This document shows positions 1-9,445 of a stretch of 64,000 nt of DNA, in pieces. The notes under the pieces are model-generated. The model saw only the letters and a program-made list of their open reading frames with translations. It ran no database searches and was not told where the DNA came from. The position numbers were made by a program, and so were the translations under genes. This stretch comes from Blastocladiella emersonii ATCC 22665. Taxonomy: Eukaryota > Fungi > Blastocladiomycota. The DNA lies in NCBI GenBank assembly GCA_025594325.1, contig JANHCV010000002.1, positions 434,001-498,000 of the forward strand. The letters run 5' to 3'. Position 1 is the stretch's first letter. Each line of letters starts with the position of its first letter.

Positions 1-2548
1 ACTCAGCCTCGGACGCGGCCATGCTCGCGATCGCGGCCAGGACACCGACGTGCATCTCCTCGACCGACGGCAGGATCTGCTCGGGCGGCAGCAGGAACCC
101 GTACTCGCCAATGTCGCGGAGCTATGAGAAGGTGCAGGGTGAGCGGCGACGGCGGCGCGATGGTCTCGGGCGCGGCGTAGCGTACCTCGACGGCGAACGA
201 GTACGTGACGTTGGCCTTCTGGAACATCCAGTCGGTGCCTGACCCGCTCGTCTACACGAACACAGAGTGAGCAACCGCAGCACTGCCGCCCTCCCCAGTC
301 GCTCGCTCTCATACCGGGTAGATGGTCTTGCACACGTCGCCCGTGACAAACTCCATGCCATGGACCGAGTACACGCCGTCGGCGCCCGCGACCGCGGCTT
401 TCGCGAGCCGGGGCTGCGCGGGGAACGAGTCTTCGCAGTTGTACCCGTACGGGTACATCCACAGGAGGCTGTAGCTGTGGGTGTCGAGGGCGAACTGGAG
501 CGCGCCGCCCGTCTCGCGCTGGAAGGCGGTCACGAAGTTGACGATGGCCGTGGCCTCGGGCGAGCTGCCGGGCGCGGTCCCGCGGAACGTGTCGTCGCAC
601 GCGTCGGGGGAGGAGGCGTACAGGTCGAGCGGGTCGCTCCATTCGTCGGTCGGGAAGCTACACGGTGCGGGAACGAGTGAGGGTCGGTGGTCACGGTCAC
701 CATGGTGCTTGGGAAGCATACTTGCGGTTGATGTCGACGCCCATGCACTCGTCAGCGTAGACCTCCGTGTTCTTGCGCCACTACACCCGCGAGCCGCGCG
801 TCAGTTCAACCCCAACAGGCAATCGGTCGGCGAGCCACGTACCAAGCGGTCGAACGCGAACGAGTACTCGTACCCGTCGGGGTTGAGCATGGGCGCGATG
901 ATCAGCTCGTACGTGTCGAGGAGCGCCGTGACGTGCGGGTCGGTCCCGTACAGCGCAGCCCACACGTCGAGCAGGTTCAGCAACACCGACTACAACGTGT
1001 TCGAGCGAGATTTAGCCACCAGCCAGCGAACCAGTCCTCGTGCGTGCGCGTACCGGCGCAATCCACTCGCGCGCGTGCAGCCCGCCCGAGAAGAAGATCG
1101 CCGGCTTCCCCGTTTTCGGGACCGTGACGCCGCTGACGTTCATGGACCCGAGATCTCGCACGGGCGGCGCCGTGAGCCGCGCCCACAGCAGGTCGCGGCC
1201 CTCGTACGACTTGCCCATGGACGCGACCGTGACGAGGTCGGGTTTGGCCGCGGCGAGCCGCGCGAGGTACGCCTTCATGTCGGTGAAGTTGAGGTACCGG
1301 CCGGCGAGGTTGGCGGCGGCGCCGGCCGAGGTCCAGTTAAGCGCTGGGCGGACGGTGGGTTCCGGACGCGGCGAGGCTGTGGTGGTGGTGGAGGAGGTGC
1401 CGCCGTCGGTCGCGGTCTCGGTCTCGGTCGCCGTATCCGTCTCGGTGGTGGTCGATGACGAGCCCGTCGCGGTGGGATCGGGGACGGTCCGCGACCCGTC
1501 GCCGTCGGTCGACGTGGGCGACGGAGACGGCGAGCCCGAGGTGACGCTGGCGGATTGATATCGCCGCGGCGCGACGCGGGACGAGGTCGCGGGTGGCGGC
1601 TGTCCCGCGCACGGCAGCGAGCTGGATGAGGAGCCAGGCAGTGGCGTCGGGTCGACGACGGGCGTGGCGATAGTCCACGACGCGGACGCGCGTGAGGTGG
1701 CGACGACCGAGAACGCGGTCGTAGTCCCGGGCAGCACAGGAGCCGTCGCGACGTCGGCAAGCACGTCGGCGAATGCGCGCGTCGCGAAAGTCCCTACGGC
1801 GGCGACCTGCACGTCCGGGATGAGCGTGTGGTACTCGGCCTCGGGGAAGCGTTCGCGGACGACGGCGAGCAGGTCGTCGCACACAAGGAGATCCATTTCG
1901 ACCGATGCGCTCTCGGCATCCTCGTCGTCGTCCTCGGGCTCCTCGCTCGGCGAGCGGGGACCGATCCGACCGCGGCGAGGGCGAGCGCGGGTGCGAGGTC
2001 CCGCGTGGGAGCGGATGGTGGCGGCAACACGTTCACGTTGCCGTTGTGCGCTGCTGGAGCTCGAGGTGCTCTTGCGCGTGCTCCACACGTCGATGCCGTA
2101 GTCCTAGACGCGGCGTGATGCGGGTGAGCCTCGCACTCCCGAAACCTCGCATCCACGCGTTCCGTACGTGGGCAAGCTTGCGCAGCACGCGGGCGTCGCG
2201 CTTCGAGTCGAGGAGGAGGCGGATGAGTCGCTGGTTGTTGTATCGGACGCGTGTGCGCGGTTTCGGGCCTGCGCCACCGCGCGCGCGGGGCCGGCGCATC
2301 CGCGCGGCGAACGCCGAGATGCGCACGGCACCACCCTCCGCCTCCGTCGCCGCAGAGGCAACGCGAGGGGTAGCCGGCAACGCGTCCGCGCGCGGGAACG
2401 ACGGGCTCGCGATGATCAGGGCGAGGACGGCCACGGCGGCAAGGGCGAGCGTGACGACGAGGCGGGCAATCCCCGCGCGCTCCATGCGCGCACGAAGAGT
2501 CGGCCGCGCAGCGGTGCGAGTGGCGACGAGGTGTCGGAGCGAGTCCAT
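1..2548 (-). CDS. Secreted M14 zinc carboxypeptidase, multi-exon; C-terminus reaches the window edge
   Basis: N-terminal hydrophobic signal (LVVTLALAAVAVLALII), HAREW zinc motif, NPDGYEYS, WRKN..GVDINR, DTHSYS, ELRDIGEYGFLLPPEQI, assembled across GT-AG introns (e.g. 990-1053). Start may be 2548 or the next Met (MERAG). Confidence 0.9.
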
Positions 2549-2945
2549 GGAGTCGATTGCATTAAGCGAGGAGTGGTGTGGGTGCGCGAGGGAGCGCCTC
2601 TATCGCGACGGCGCGGGGCAGGCCGTGGCGGGCAGAGGCGGCCCCGCTGAGGAGGGCGAGGTGCAGCAAGTCGTTTCGCTTCATTCTCGCCAAACTGCTG
2701 CGGGAAACAAGAAGCCGGGAGCGGACGCGCTCTTGCTTGTTCTCGCCGCGGGCAACTGGGAGACGCGCGGCGGCGCCACCTCCTGACCGGATCGGATGAC
2801 GCGCCGCGCCACTCCGCTCCGCTCTCGGTCCCCGACGGCTTTTGCGGCAAGTTCCCTTGCACACGGCACCGCTGTGAGGGCACAGAAAATGGGATGTGTA
2901 TGCAGGGCACGATAGTTGTGAGAGAGACACAGCGCCATCGCCGCG

Positions 2946-4217
2946 TTACGCGGTCGAGGGAATGTCCGCGTCGCGCAGCCACGCGGCGACCTTGGTGAAC
3001 CCGAGCTCCGTCGCTGCGGCGAGCGCGCGGTCGTGGACGACGAGGTTCAACGGGATCCCTGAGTTTTTCCACCACTGGAGACGGGCGAGTACGGCGTCCT
3101 CGTCGTCGTCTTTCTCGACGCACAGCCACGTCTCTGGGCAAACCACGTACTCGCCCGAGAGGTTGGCAGCGGCCCAGACGAGGATGTTGAGCGCATTGTA
3201 CTCGGTCGCGGCGAGCACGACGAAGCGCCAGAACCCGAGGGCACGGGCGGCCGGCGACTTGGCAAACTGGCCGCCATCGCGGAATGCATTCAGTCTCTCC
3301 CGCGAGAAGAATGACCGATACTTGGCGGTGCAGCAGAAGTTATCCCGCGGGTAAGGATCGAGGTGGTGGCGCGGCACGTTCCCCTTGATCCACTCGAGGG
3401 TGCCGACACGAAGCTTGCCACGGCAGAGCGTGCGCACAACAAAGGACTCCCAGTTCATCTCGTGCATCCACGAACATTCGCCTTCGGTGTACACGAGCTT
3501 CGACTCGCGGAGGATCTTGAAGCTTCCGGCCTCGAGCGCGTCGATCGGAACCCACACGGTCGGCTCAAAGTCCATGGTCCGCTCGAGCTCTGTGTCAAAG
3601 ATCCAGTCGACAATGGCGGGATTATCGAGCGCGATGGCGCCTTCGTACGCACGGACAGTCGCCTTCAAAGGCAAGCTGGACCGTTTCCACCAATGAAGGA
3701 CGTCGAGGTGGCCGACGCCGCACGCCTCGTCGATTGCGCATTCCGTGTAGTGCTTGATGAGCTTGCGCGACTCGAGGTAGTTGAGCACATCAAGATAACC
3801 GAGCGACGACGCGATATCGACTAAGCAGAGTGGAGCCGAGCCGCCCGCGTCGCCAGAGACCTTGAGCTTGCTCCACTCTTCGAGAAGATCACACCGCTTG
3901 GCGACAACGAGAAGCGAGAGATAGAATGCCGACTGCTCGAAGCCTGGCGACGGGCCGCGGTTCTTCATCAATTCATTGCGCAGCGACTCGTACTGTGGAT
4001 AGAGCGCCCGCTTGACCCGAGCATGGAGCGAGTAGCGGAAGACGGTACGGCGCAGCTCCAAGAGCCCAGGAACGACGCGCAGAAGCTGGAGTGGGTCGGT
4101 CGCGCGCATGTCCACCATGAGAGCATGCTCAAGAATCGTCTCAACAAGCTCGCGCGGCAAGGGCTTGGTGTCCATGATGCGTTGCATGTGGTCCAAGACC
4201 AGTTCCAGTCGATTCAT
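2946..4217 (-). CDS. Intronless F-box-like N-terminus plus degenerate ankyrin-repeat protein (family with 36529 and 40391)
   Basis: LPRELVETILEHA F-box-like helix; ankyrin-like units ASSLGYLDVLNYL and ACGVGHLDVLHWW; C-terminal DDEDAVLARLQWWKNSG shared with the two paralogs in this window. Confidence 0.75.
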   Translation of the reverse strand: MNRLELVLDHMQRIMDTKPLPRELVETILEHALMVDMRATDPLQLLRVVPGLLELRRTVFRYSLHARVKRALYPQYESLRNELMKNRGPSPGFEQSAFYLSLLVVAKRCDLLEEWSKLKVSGDAGGSAPLCLVDIASSLGYLDVLNYLESRKLIKHYTECAIDEACGVGHLDVLHWWKRSSLPLKATVRAYEGAIALDNPAIVDWIFDTELERTMDFEPTVWVPIDALEAGSFKILRESKLVYTEGECSWMHEMNWESFVVRTLCRGKLRVGTLEWIKGNVPRHHLDPYPRDNFCCTAKYRSFFSRERLNAFRDGGQFAKSPAARALGFWRFVVLAATEYNALNILVWAAANLSGEYVVCPETWLCVEKDDDEDAVLARLQWWKNSGIPLNLVVHDRALAAATELGFTKVAAWLRDADIPSTA

Positions 4218-4698
4218 GGGGTGAGGAGCATGGGGTGGAGAGCGCCCGACGTGCGTGGTGAGCTGCGCCGACCAACGTTCCTGCCGCCCTCGCACAGCTG
4301 ACCGCGATGAAATGAGCGACGCGTGGCACCCACCGGTTTTTCGTCGCCGCCAACACATTGAGCGAGGCCACCTCACTTCCGATCCCTGCCCGTTTACTCC
4401 CGAGGACATCCGATGGCGGCGCCCGCACGAACGCGCGAGCAGCAGCGGCCGGTGGCTAAACGAGGCAGGTCGGGCCACGCGGAGCGAAAACGGGGAGGAG
4501 CGCTGGTCGGTGGCAAACGCGAGCTCGCTGCCTCTTTCTCGCCCGCCCACCGTTTCGGCTCGGAACCGAGCTGACGCTCGCCCCGCGGCGGCGTGGTGAG
4601 GGCTGTAAAGCGGGCGGAGCCCTCCGCAGTCGACTCCCGCTCTCCACCGCCGTCGGTTCGACCCGTTTGTTCCTCTCCGCTACGCATCAACACCAACC

Positions 4699-5478
4699 AT
4701 GACCGTCCCCGCCACCAAGACCGACGGCGCCGCCGCCGCCAACCCCAAGCCCGAGACCGTCCCGGCGCCCGCACGTGCTCGCGGCGGCAACGACCAGTCG
4801 GGGACCAGCTGGTTCGTGGGCACTGTCCCGCCGCCGCCCCACCACATGTACAACGCCGCGCCGCCCGCCAAGGCCGGCGGCACCGCGACGGCTGACGGTG
4901 CTGCCGCTCGCGGCTCGGGTTCGACTGCTCGCGGCTCGGGCTCGTCGTCTCGCGGCCCCGCTGGCGCCGAGGCCGCCGCCAAGGACAGCGGCGACGCCGA
5001 GGCCGGCGAGATGCCGCCGTGCTGCTGGAACTGCGGCACGCCGCCCGCCGTGTTCGCTGGTCCCGCGCCCGCCGACGCCGCCGGTCCCGGGACGCGCGCC
5101 TGGTCGCTTTTCCCGCCCGCCGTTCCCGAAAACTGGGAGTCGCCGGCGGGCCACCGCGGCGTCGCGCCGCCCATGGAGGGCGCGCGTGGCGGCCCGCCGC
5201 TGACCCCAGTGTGGTATAACTACGAGCCGCGCGGCGCCGGCGGCGTGCGCGGCTACAGCAACCCGGACCCGTACGGCTGTGGGTGGTTCTACGGCGGCAC
5301 CGGGCTCTGCGGCGGCTCGCGCGGCGTCGCGCCGCCCATGGCCGGTGCGCGCTACCTGCCCCCGATGCGTGGCGCCCCGCAGTACGTGCATGGCGGCGAC
5401 GACGCGTACGGCCCGCCGCCGTCGTGGTTCTACGGCGCCCGCGGCGCCCGCGGCAACTGCCGCTGCGGCGGGTGCTGA
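4699..5478 (+). CDS. Orphan Gly/Pro/Tyr/Cys-rich cassette protein A (putative metacaspase substrate/peptide precursor)
   Basis: Intronless 259-aa ORF with ATG in acc-ATG context. The block 5251-5445 matches 8197-8388 with mostly synonymous differences, which supports this reading frame. Contains PPCCWNCG and PMxGAR repeats. Confidence 0.75.
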   Translation: MTVPATKTDGAAAANPKPETVPAPARARGGNDQSGTSWFVGTVPPPPHHMYNAAPPAKAGGTATADGAAARGSGSTARGSGSSSRGPAGAEAAAKDSGDAEAGEMPPCCWNCGTPPAVFAGPAPADAAGPGTRAWSLFPPAVPENWESPAGHRGVAPPMEGARGGPPLTPVWYNYEPRGAGGVRGYSNPDPYGCGWFYGGTGLCGGSRGVAPPMAGARYLPPMRGAPQYVHGGDDAYGPPPSWFYGARGARGNCRCGGC

Positions 5479-5683
5479 GTGCGCGGTGGTGTCGAATGGT
5501 GATCGCGGCCGGGCGGCTGCCCGCGTGGATCGTCTCGTTTTGTGCTCGATTGTCTCCCATCCCTTGTAACAAAACATCTCGTTTGCGTTTGTGCCTACCT
5601 ATCAAGAACCCTTCTCTCCTTGAACCGAGACCACAACCGCCGTTTGAAGCGCGACCGCGAAAGAAGTTGCGTGGGCTGAACGC

Positions 5684-5701
5684 GTGAGTGGCGCAACGCG
5701 T
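5684..5701 (+). promoter_or_regulatory. 18-bp element GTGAGTGGCGCAACGCGT, copy 1 (copy 2 at 7476-7493)
   Basis: Exact 18-nt match located ~310 nt upstream of the metacaspase ATG and ~340 nt upstream of the gene C ATG. Confidence 0.5.
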
Positions 5702-5918
5702 GCTCCCCGCGATGCGGGCCGTCGACGCTCCCGTCGCCGGGCATGTTGCCGGTGAGTGCCGAACGAGGAGCTAATGCGAGTGGAGCATCCAGCAACGGGC
5801 AGCAACGGCGAGCGGTTGAAGAGGGCAAGTCGGGCGTTCCGGCCGGGAACACGGGCGAACGCGAGCGCTCTCCGTTCCCGCGTTGGCTTCCCTGGATCCC
5901 CCAACCGGAGCACCGGGG

Positions 5919-5928
5919 CTATATAAAG
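5919..5928 (+). promoter_or_regulatory. TATA-like box upstream of the metacaspase
   Basis: ctatataaag about 70 nt upstream of ATG 5995, in otherwise very GC-rich DNA. Confidence 0.55.
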
Positions 5929-5994
5929 CCGGCGGCGGCCCTCGGTCTCCTCGCTTGCTCCTGCAACAGCCAGTACTGCTGCGCATCGACCATC

Positions 5995-7287
5995 ATGGGT
6001 AACAAAGCACGCTGCTTCGGGCTCTCGTACCCGACTGGCCAGGGTGCCAACCCGATCCCGGGTACGCTTGCTCAGCCCACGGCATGACGACGGGCCAGTC
6101 GCTCAATCTCCTCCCGCGACCCGCATCTAGGCTGCGACGTCGACGCCAACAACATGGCCAAGATCGCGCGAATGATGGGCATCCAGGACGTGGTAGTGTA
6201 CAAGGACGACGTGGCGCCGGTCACGCGCGCGCAGATCCTCGGCGCCCTCGAGGACATGGTCTACAACGCGTGCGCCGGCGACACGCTGCTCTTCTCGTAC
6301 GCCGGCCACGGCGGCCAGACCAAGGACGAGTCGGGCGACGAGTACGACCTGCTCGACGAGTTCCTCGTGTGCGCCGACGGCATGATCCTCGACGACGAGG
6401 TGCGCGCTCTGCTCGCGTGCCTCCCCGCGGGCTGCCGCATGGTCGTAGTTTTCGACTGCTGCCACTCGGGCGCCATGGTCGACCTCGAGAACAACACGCA
6501 CGAGCTCCAGGCCGAGATCGTCGCGCTGTCGGCCGCGCTCGACTCGCAGGAGTCCATGGGATTCACCACCGGCGGCTGCTTCACCTCAGCAATCATGCGC
6601 GTGCTCGCCGAAAATAACGGAATCTCGTGGATCGACGCGGCGCCGCTCATCGGCGAGTACGACAACATGCGCTCGCAGAAACCCGTCCTCTCGTCCAACA
6701 TCCCCGACGGTACTATTTGCTCTCGCACTCCGCTCGGGCCCGACCAGCTCACTCACCTTGTCCTTGCGAGCCTGGTAGCCCTCAACAAGCCCGCCTTCGC
6801 GCCCGTCGGCACCTTCGCCGACGCGTCCAAGGGCTCGCAGTTCGCCTCCACGGTCAACCCGTTCGCATCGGCCGAGGAACAAAAGCAGGACGCGCCCGGC
6901 GCGCCCGCCGCCGCCGCGTCGACGGCCACCGGCAAGACCCAGACCGCCGCGCGCCCGGCCCCGTACCGCGGATACCCGTACTTCATCCCGTACGCCAACA
7001 CGCAGTTCTACCCGTACGGCGTGCCGATGACGGGTTTCCGCGGGAACGACTGGTCGCCGTCGCCCGTGTACGGCTTCGGTCCGTTCGGCCCCTACGGCGG
7101 TGGCCGCGGCGCTGCGCCGTGCTGCTGGAACTGTGGTGCGCCCCCGGCCGGCTTAGCTGTCCCTGCGCGCCCCATGGAGGGTGGGGGTGCCCGCAGCGCG
7201 GGAAGCTGGTTTTCTCCCTGCCCGAGCGGCCGCGGATTCGCGCTGCCCATGGAGGGCGCCCGCGGCCTCGCCCGCTGGCTGTTTTGA
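5995..7287 (+). CDS. Metacaspase (peptidase C14, type I-like) lacking an N-terminal prodomain, with a C-terminal cassette tail; exons 5995-6061, 6131-6709, 6779-7287
   Basis: GCDVD, SYAGHGGQ (catalytic His), DESGDEYDLLDE acidic Ca-site region, ILDDE, VFDCCHSG (catalytic Cys), p10 FTSA..QKPVLSS. Introns 6062-6130 and 6710-6778 are GT-AG and keep the frame. Confidence 0.92.
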
Positions 7288-7475
7288 CTGATTCGCCTTG
7301 TTCGATTCCCGTCGTATCGCCCGCTCCCGTCCCTGAGTATCACATCGTCTCAACAGAACCCCTGGTCTCAAACTTTGCGCCTCCTTCCTCCTACACCCAG
7401 GGCTCTTTCTTCCTTGAGGCACACGGTCGCTGCCACCCCTGTCGCTGCGTGGAGCGTCGCGTCCAAACTCAACAT

Positions 7476-7493
7476 GTGAGTGGCGCAACGCGT
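7476..7493 (+). promoter_or_regulatory. 18-bp element GTGAGTGGCGCAACGCGT, copy 2
   Basis: Identical to 5684-5701. Confidence 0.5.
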
Positions 7494-7818
7494 CTCCTCA
7501 ATCTGCCACAGTCCGCCTGTCACTTTGAAGTCGCATGTCTCGCTGGTCGCGCGGCTTTTTGAGACCACAAAAGCGGGCGAATGTTTCCCGAAGAAAGCTG
7601 GGATTTGAGCGTGAGCCGGGGTTCGGTGGGTTGCCGAAAGCGGAAGGTCGCTGCAGAAACGGGGAGAAGGCACCTGTACGCAAACGCGAGCACCTTCGTT
7701 CGTCGCTCACCGTTCCCGCGGGCCGCCCGGGCGCTCTAAAGTCGGCAGAGCCCCCGCGCTACCCACCCGCGCTCTCTTCGCGGCTAGTTCGACCAAAACC
7801 CTCTCCGCATCAACAACC

Positions 7819-8496
7819 ATGACCGTGACCAACAACAACAACAAGCCCCAGTCCGGCTCGCGCGGCGCCGGCGGTCCGGCCCGCGGCGCTCCCGCCGAGA
7901 CCGAGACCGAGACCAAGCCCGCCACCCCCAAGACCGATTCAGGCGACGCTGCCGGCGACGACAGCGGCGCGCCGCCCATGTTCGCGTACGGCCCGCCGCC
8001 GTGCTGCTGGAACTGCGGTGCGCCGCCCGCGCCCGTCATGTTCGCCGGCCCCGCCCCACCCGCCATGGCCGGCGCTCGTGGCTACTTCTTCGGCCAGAAC
8101 GTAGCCGATCGGAGCTTCGCGCCTCGCGCGGCCGGTGCGCCCCGCTCAGGCCGCCCGTTCCCGCCCGTCCCAACCACGTCCCCGGGCGCCCGCGGCGGCT
8201 ACTCGAACCCGGACCCGTACGGCTGCGGGTGGTTCTACAACGGCACCGGGCTCTGCGGCCCGCGCGGCGTCGCGCCGCCCATGGCCGGTGCGCGCGACCT
8301 GCCGCCCATGCGAGGCGCACCGCAGTACGTGCACGGCGGCGACGAAGCGTACGGCCCGCCGCCCTCGTGGTTCTACGGCTCCCGCGGCAGCACCGAGCCC
8401 GCCATGTCGCGCTGCGGCGGCGCTGAGGAGCATCGCTGCGACCCGTGGACTCGCCGCCCGCCGCCGGGCTACTTCTACGGCGGCCTCTGGTGCTAG
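7819..8496 (+). CDS. Orphan Gly/Pro/Tyr/Cys-rich cassette protein C, paralog of 4699-5478
   Basis: Intronless 225-aa ORF with the same start context (gcatcaac..accATGACCGT). Shares PPCCWNCG, GYSNPDPYGCGWFY.GTGLCG, GVAPPMAGAR and GAPQYVHGGD.AYGPPPSWFYG.RG with gene A. Confidence 0.75.
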   Translation: MTVTNNNNKPQSGSRGAGGPARGAPAETETETKPATPKTDSGDAAGDDSGAPPMFAYGPPPCCWNCGAPPAPVMFAGPAPPAMAGARGYFFGQNVADRSFAPRAAGAPRSGRPFPPVPTTSPGARGGYSNPDPYGCGWFYNGTGLCGPRGVAPPMAGARDLPPMRGAPQYVHGGDEAYGPPPSWFYGSRGSTEPAMSRCGGAEEHRCDPWTRRPPPGYFYGGLWC

Positions 8497-8884
8497 GGGA
8501 CGATGCTCGTCGCGTCGCTGAGGGCGTAGGCCACGCTGTCTCGGGGTGAAAAGTTGGTGGTGTTGATGATTGATTTGAGATAGTGAACAAGATTGTTTGA
8601 AGTCTGATGCGCATCACGATCCCCTCCCCTTTCTTGTGCAAGCAGGTAGAATCTAAGCTGAATAGCGCGAGGAGGAGGTCGCACAGTACCACTTCCCACG
8701 GATGGAGGGCACGCTGCAGAAGCGCATGTGTCGAGTAGCGAAAGGCCTCATAGTGCAGCGTCGAAAATCCGCGAGCGCCACGGAGAAGCGGGATCAAGCT
8801 GGCCTTGCTGTCGTCGAATTTGAGATCACGGGCTCGAGCCGCCTCAACAATCTCGTACTTCCGCTCCTTCGTGGTGCTTTGCAT
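8493..8884 (-). CDS. Possible small spliced gene with a SAP/HeH-like helix (KYEIVEAARARDLKFDDSKASLIPLL)
   Basis: Two offset ORF segments (8884-8700 and 8650-8493) read like protein, but no clean intron of typical size was found. Confidence 0.2.
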
Positions 8885-9154
8885 GCAGTTATGGACTGAG
8901 TCAAGGCGATGTTAGCTCAGGAGCAGCCTCAGCGGAGGGGAAAGCGAGAAGCTGCTAGACGAAAGCACAGCCTTGCTGCGCCATTTTCATCCCACGTGTG
9001 CGGCGAAACGCGTCGCTTTCGCGATCAAGCGACTGATCAGCCAAGTACACGAGGCACCCTGAATCTTGAGACGTTCGCTGTAATCGTGAATGAATTGCAG
9101 TGAGTTACGTGCCTCGACAGGCGAGTGCACCGAAGTCGGGAAACTGTCTCACGC

Positions 9155-9174
9155 GCGAGACACGCGTGTCTCGC
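9155..9174. repeat. Perfect 20-bp palindrome GCGAGACACGCGTGTCTCGC in intergenic DNA
   Basis: Equals its own reverse complement; centred on ACGCGT. Confidence 0.85.
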
Positions 9175-9445
9175 AAATCGCGTCGCTCACGTGATGGCAC
9201 GACGGGGACGCGTCGCGTTTCAGGCGCGCCGTGTCCCGCGGTCTCGGCGTCTCCCATCGGCTTCCCGCGCGCGATTGCACTAGGCGCAACACGAAATCAT
9301 CTCGGAGGGTGGGCGGGATGCGTCGCCGGGGCGCCTCTGTGCTCCGCGTCTCAAACTCGTCTCCGCCAGCACTCTGCTCCCTCGCACCCGCACTTGGATC
9401 CATGCATCAACACCGACCGCAGCCACCACCTCACCTGTCGCCACA

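Noticed and set aside
1-2548. Carboxypeptidase as a trimming enzyme of the metacaspase cluster
   Set aside because: It is secreted while the precursors lack signal peptides, it lacks the CPB-type Asp255 for basic residues, and an ankyrin gene separates it from the cluster.
5020-5037. CCWNCG as a retroviral/gag CCHC zinc knuckle indicating a retroelement
   Set aside because: No His or fourth Cys, and no gag/pol, RT or LTR nearby.
4699-8496. Known fungal amyloid signalling motifs (HRAM, PP, sigma, RHIM) or dikaritin KR-repeat precursors
   Set aside because: No match by eye; no NLR, HeLo or gasdermin neighbour; no signal peptide, KR/RR repeat pattern or DUF3328 gene.
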